Under the pieces are notes generated by a model. The model did no database searches, was not told the DNA's origin, and was given only the letters and a program-made list of their open reading frames with translations. A stretch of DNA of 64,000 nucleotides from an uncultured Lentisphaerales bacterium (GTDB taxonomy: Bacteria; Verrucomicrobiota; Lentisphaeria; JABSQK01; UBA12247). The stretch lies in contig CALSSJ010000023.1 in NCBI GenBank assembly GCA_943788985.1, forward strand, positions 1 to 64,000, given 5' to 3'. Shown here piece by piece: positions 60,503 to 64,000 of this stretch. How positions within the stretch are numbered: the stretch's first letter is position 1; each line of letters starts with the position of its first letter. A program made the translations under genes and the position numbers.

Positions 60503-62803
60503 TTAGTAAACCTGCGTGCTTTCTTCTTCGACAAGTGGTGGATCAAGCAAGCGTGAAGATAACTTCACGCTCAGACGTGCATCACCGGCGACTTTGGCAC
60601 GAGCCCTGATCGAGTACTCTATGGTCTCGTGACCGGCGAGCCGCGCATATGGGCGAAAGGTGACCACCTGCCCAAGCATATCGGCGACGGTGGGACCCTG
60701 AGTTTTCATTGGCTCAAATTCAGGCGGAAACTCTGCGATCACAACGATACTCTCCTCCGGTGCCGAGCCTTGATTGCGTACCTTAATCACAAAGGAGGTC
60801 TCGGCGCCAATTACGACGGGATCGGCGGTATCGATCACTTCGAGAAGAATAGCAGATTTTCCGGTCCACTCTGTGCAGCCTTCACCACTGGCCTCAAGTC
60901 CTTCCGCACAGGCGGAGGTCAGGGCAGTACAGTGGGTGCCAACAATAGCCGAAACGACGCGGTAGTTATAGGTGCGGGTTTCACCCGCTTCGAGTCTGCG
61001 CGCCAGCCATGTCGCCCGATTCCCGCTGAGGGTGGCGTCCGGGGCTTCGACCAAGCGTATGGCAGCGGGCGCGGCCAGGGCAAGGGCTACATTGGTCAGT
61101 GTGGTTTCACCGCTATTTGTCAGCTTGGCTACATAGTTTGCATGCTTGCCGACAACACGTGTCTCTGGACCAGTGATTGTCAGCGAAACGGACTCGGCTT
61201 CGACGAGGGTGCAGGCCTCAGCCATGACTTGAGGGGTAAAGTCTGCGGTAGCCACGGCCCGGCTGCAAAGCTGACCTGTGTCAATGGCTCGAAACGTGGC
61301 TTCGATTGCACGCGATTCACCGGGGAGCAGATCGCCAACGTTATAGGTGAACGTCCGCTGACCAGTGTGATGATCCAGGCCGCGGGGCACTACGTCGGTC
61401 ACAACCGTATTCCGTGCTGCGACACTGCCGGTATTTTCGACTACGGTCTTGATCAGGACTTCTTCGCCTTTTCGAGCACGAACTGGCGCATTCTTGGTGA
61501 TGTTCAGAACGGCTTCGCCAACTTCGGTGATCAGGCGACCGCGAGGCGTTACGTTCACCACTGCACAGCCAGTGATGTCCCCCTCGCGAAGCGCACGCAA
61601 ATGAATCTTGATGGTCTTCTTTTCACCCGCCCGCACGTCGTCGAAACGCCAGGTGAGGCGATGATGGAATACGTCGGCTGGCGGCGTGCTGCGAAGATAA
61701 CCTACTGGGTCGGGGATCACGTCTTGCACCACAATGGACTGCGTGTCCTGTAGAGCCATCACCTCAATCACGGCTTCAAAGTCCTCATCAACGGCGACAT
61801 CAGTCGGCAGCATCTTACGCATGTCGATCAATTCGGTCTGCACGTGGCAATCGCTGGTGAACCCTGGAACGGTCGGCCGCGGCACGGCTGTGGAATGATA
61901 GAAGATTTTGAGCGGATTTCCCTCACCATCGGTGAAGTAGAAGCTGGCGTTGGCGTAGGCCTGCGTTCCCTTGGTAATGGTGTAAAGCATGCGCTCGCTT
62001 TGATCTTGCACGCGAACAGGAAGCTCGTTGCTGGCCCATTTACCAGTGCCAGAGGTGACCACATCCATCAGCCGCTCATTATTGCGATAAATGGAGGCAC
62101 GCCCACCACGGTCAAAATCGTAGTTATACTCGATGACGCGCTTGGTGTAGGGCGGGACCTCGAACTCGAAGTTCATGTGATCGCCCATGTCCCGTGCCAG
62201 GTGTGCGGATACGTTGTAGGTAAAGGCCACTGCTTCATACGGGCAGACGGCGGTCTTAAAGAAGTTCCGTTCGGAACCTTCGGGTGCATGGACGACAAGC
62301 TTGAAGTAGATCCAATCACCAATGCGTTCGCCCTGAGCCGGGGAGTAGGGGCCGAATTGCGCCCAAGTCTGTTCGGAATAGGCTGAAAAGGATTGTGAAT
62401 CCAATAACTTGCCAGCCTGCTGTGCGCTCGGCCGTGGATTACGTGACTGGGGATCGGAATGAGCACCGATCCCGCCATAAACACTCAGCGTGGTCATGGT
62501 CGGCAACCCCGCCCGGAGCGGCCAACGCTTGGGGTCGACATTGTTTCCAGATGCGGGGTCAAAGACGTAGATTGTCACGTGCTCGTTGGCGTCGGCGCGC
62601 ACACGGTAGAAGTTTACCTGCACGGTGTCATCGCGCCCTTCTCCCTTGTGGGCCTGTGGGCCAAAGACGTAGAGATACTGCACGTTATTCACGCCGCCAG
62701 GCACGGACTTGCAGACTCCCTCCAGACCTTCCTGGGCGAGACAGGCGATTCCCGCCAGCAACAGAGCAAGGGTCAGGAAGAGCTTGGTTGGTCGGTTTAC
62801 CAT
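60503..62803 (-). CDS. Secreted DUF11-repeat protein (chlamydial OmcB-like C-terminal region)
   Basis: EVIDTADPVVIG..NQGSA..GDAR..EESTQVY pattern; signal peptide. Confidence 0.8.
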   Translation of the reverse strand: MVNRPTKLFLTLALLLAGIACLAQEGLEGVCKSVPGGVNNVQYLYVFGPQAHKGEGRDDTVQVNFYRVRADANEHVTIYVFDPASGNNVDPKRWPLRAGLPTMTTLSVYGGIGAHSDPQSRNPRPSAQQAGKLLDSQSFSAYSEQTWAQFGPYSPAQGERIGDWIYFKLVVHAPEGSERNFFKTAVCPYEAVAFTYNVSAHLARDMGDHMNFEFEVPPYTKRVIEYNYDFDRGGRASIYRNNERLMDVVTSGTGKWASNELPVRVQDQSERMLYTITKGTQAYANASFYFTDGEGNPLKIFYHSTAVPRPTVPGFTSDCHVQTELIDMRKMLPTDVAVDEDFEAVIEVMALQDTQSIVVQDVIPDPVGYLRSTPPADVFHHRLTWRFDDVRAGEKKTIKIHLRALREGDITGCAVVNVTPRGRLITEVGEAVLNITKNAPVRARKGEEVLIKTVVENTGSVAARNTVVTDVVPRGLDHHTGQRTFTYNVGDLLPGESRAIEATFRAIDTGQLCSRAVATADFTPQVMAEACTLVEAESVSLTITGPETRVVGKHANYVAKLTNSGETTLTNVALALAAPAAIRLVEAPDATLSGNRATWLARRLEAGETRTYNYRVVSAIVGTHCTALTSACAEGLEASGEGCTEWTGKSAILLEVIDTADPVVIGAETSFVIKVRNQGSAPEESIVVIAEFPPEFEPMKTQGPTVADMLGQVVTFRPYARLAGHETIEYSIRARAKVAGDARLSVKLSSRLLDPPLVEEESTQVY

Positions 62804-63999
62804 CAGTAGATCCTCGTCGCCTCTTCTTCAATCACAGGATTCTCGAGAACATCCGAGATCAAGGTAAATCTTGCACGTACCTCGCCGCTATCAACAGCCA
62901 CAGCCTTCACCACAAATTCCAAGTAGCGCTTAGGCTCGAGGGTATCAATGGCGGGAAACTCTACCCGGCGGCCCTGGATATCTCCGACGGCGTCGCCGCT
63001 GGCCTCGACCGGCGAAATAGCAGCTGGAAACTCTGCCACCACACGCAAGTTACGCCCGTCTGCAGTGCCTTGGTTGGTTACCCGGATGCGGTACTCTGTC
63101 TTATCCCCAATAAGCACCGGGTCATTCGTGTCCACGACTTCGAACAGTAAACCGGGATACCCTTGCCAGACTGTCGGTGCCGAGGTTGTGGCGTTGATCT
63201 GCTCCGTACATGTCGCACTCACAGCGTTCTCAATTAGCCCCGTGGTTTCTGCGCTGGTGGCGATTAGCTCGAAAGCGCGCGTTTCGCCGGTCTTTAATGT
63301 TGGAATGGTCCACACTGCAAAGCCGTCCGACGTGGTAGCTTTCTTTGCCTGAACAACAGTGACGCCTTCGCCCACAAGGTCCGCAATCGTGACATCAGTC
63401 AGCGTGAAGTCGCCGGTGTTGGTCACTTGAATCGCGTAGGACGCGTGTTTGCCGAGGCGCTGCGAACGAGGCCCGACCTTAGACAATTTAAGGATACCTT
63501 CGATGATTCGTGTGCAGGCACGGCCTTCGGCTATTTTGGCATTCCTAGCGGTTGCAATCGCGACATCGCAGCCTTCCCCGCGAGCGACGCCGCGCAGCAT
63601 GACCGGCACCGCTCTGGAGTCTCCAGGCGAAATGTCGCCGAGCTGAAAGTCGAGCGAGTTGAAACCGCTCGCATGCTCGAATCTCAACGGGATCGGATTG
63701 GTCAGCAGAACGCCCTTGGCGGTAACCGTGCCGCGGTTCTGGACTTCGATTTCGAATAGTCCATGCCCGTTCAGTGGCACGCTCTCTGGAGCGGTCACAT
63801 GAACCACGAGCTGTGCACGCCCGACAGTGGTAACGGCACAGCAATGGCGAGAGGCGGTCATCGGGGTGCACGCGCTCAAGATGCCGCCACGCTCCGCACG
63901 AAGCACGAAGCGAATCACCTGCTTCTCGCCTGCGGTGATGGAGCGAATCGTCCAGTTCAGTGATGTGCCTTCAAGCGAGCCAACGGGTTCGCTGCGCAG
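62803..63999 (-). CDS. Paralogous DUF11/OmcB-like protein, 5' end beyond the window
   Basis: EVVDTNDPVLIG..TNQGTA..EEEATRIY; frame open to the window edge. Confidence 0.8.
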   Translation of the reverse strand: MRSEPVGSLEGTSLNWTIRSITAGEKQVIRFVLRAERGGILSACTPMTASRHCCAVTTVGRAQLVVHVTAPESVPLNGHGLFEIEVQNRGTVTAKGVLLTNPIPLRFEHASGFNSLDFQLGDISPGDSRAVPVMLRGVARGEGCDVAIATARNAKIAEGRACTRIIEGILKLSKVGPRSQRLGKHASYAIQVTNTGDFTLTDVTIADLVGEGVTVVQAKKATTSDGFAVWTIPTLKTGETRAFELIATSAETTGLIENAVSATCTEQINATTSAPTVWQGYPGLLFEVVDTNDPVLIGDKTEYRIRVTNQGTADGRNLRVVAEFPAAISPVEASGDAVGDIQGRRVEFPAIDTLEPKRYLEFVVKAVAVDSGEVRARFTLISDVLENPVIEEEATRIY

Positions 64000-64000
64000 G

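Overview
This is a ~60% GC bacterial chromosome segment, probably PVC superphylum (Lentisphaerae-like, inferred from OmcB/DUF11 proteins, DUF1080 and 'GWNL' C-terminal domains). It carries housekeeping genes (proC, ung, SRP RNA-dnaX, coaBC, CCA-adding enzyme, pabBC, amtB-glnK, 2-oxoacid:ferredoxin oxidoreductase, RNase II-like), an archaeal-type purO, and tRNA-Pro(TGG) followed by a decayed island with a lectin-esterase-GH95 fucosidase. At the left edge is a PqqD/RRE-peptide + S24/S26 peptidase cassette. The strongest unexplained signal is a 13-bp quasi-palindrome, TGCGRASTYCGCA. I found 21 exact copies by eye (about 0.01 expected by chance) plus 6 relaxed copies, embedded in unrelated genes in all three reading frames. 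Thirteen copies lie in 41.8-50.5 kb, next to a gene-orientation-independent C-rich to G-rich strand-skew switch near 49 kb. This suggests a possibly undescribed chromosome-organising (parS/matS/ram-like) or HIP1/DUS-like DNA signal. Several +1 homopolymer frameshifts are probably assembly errors.
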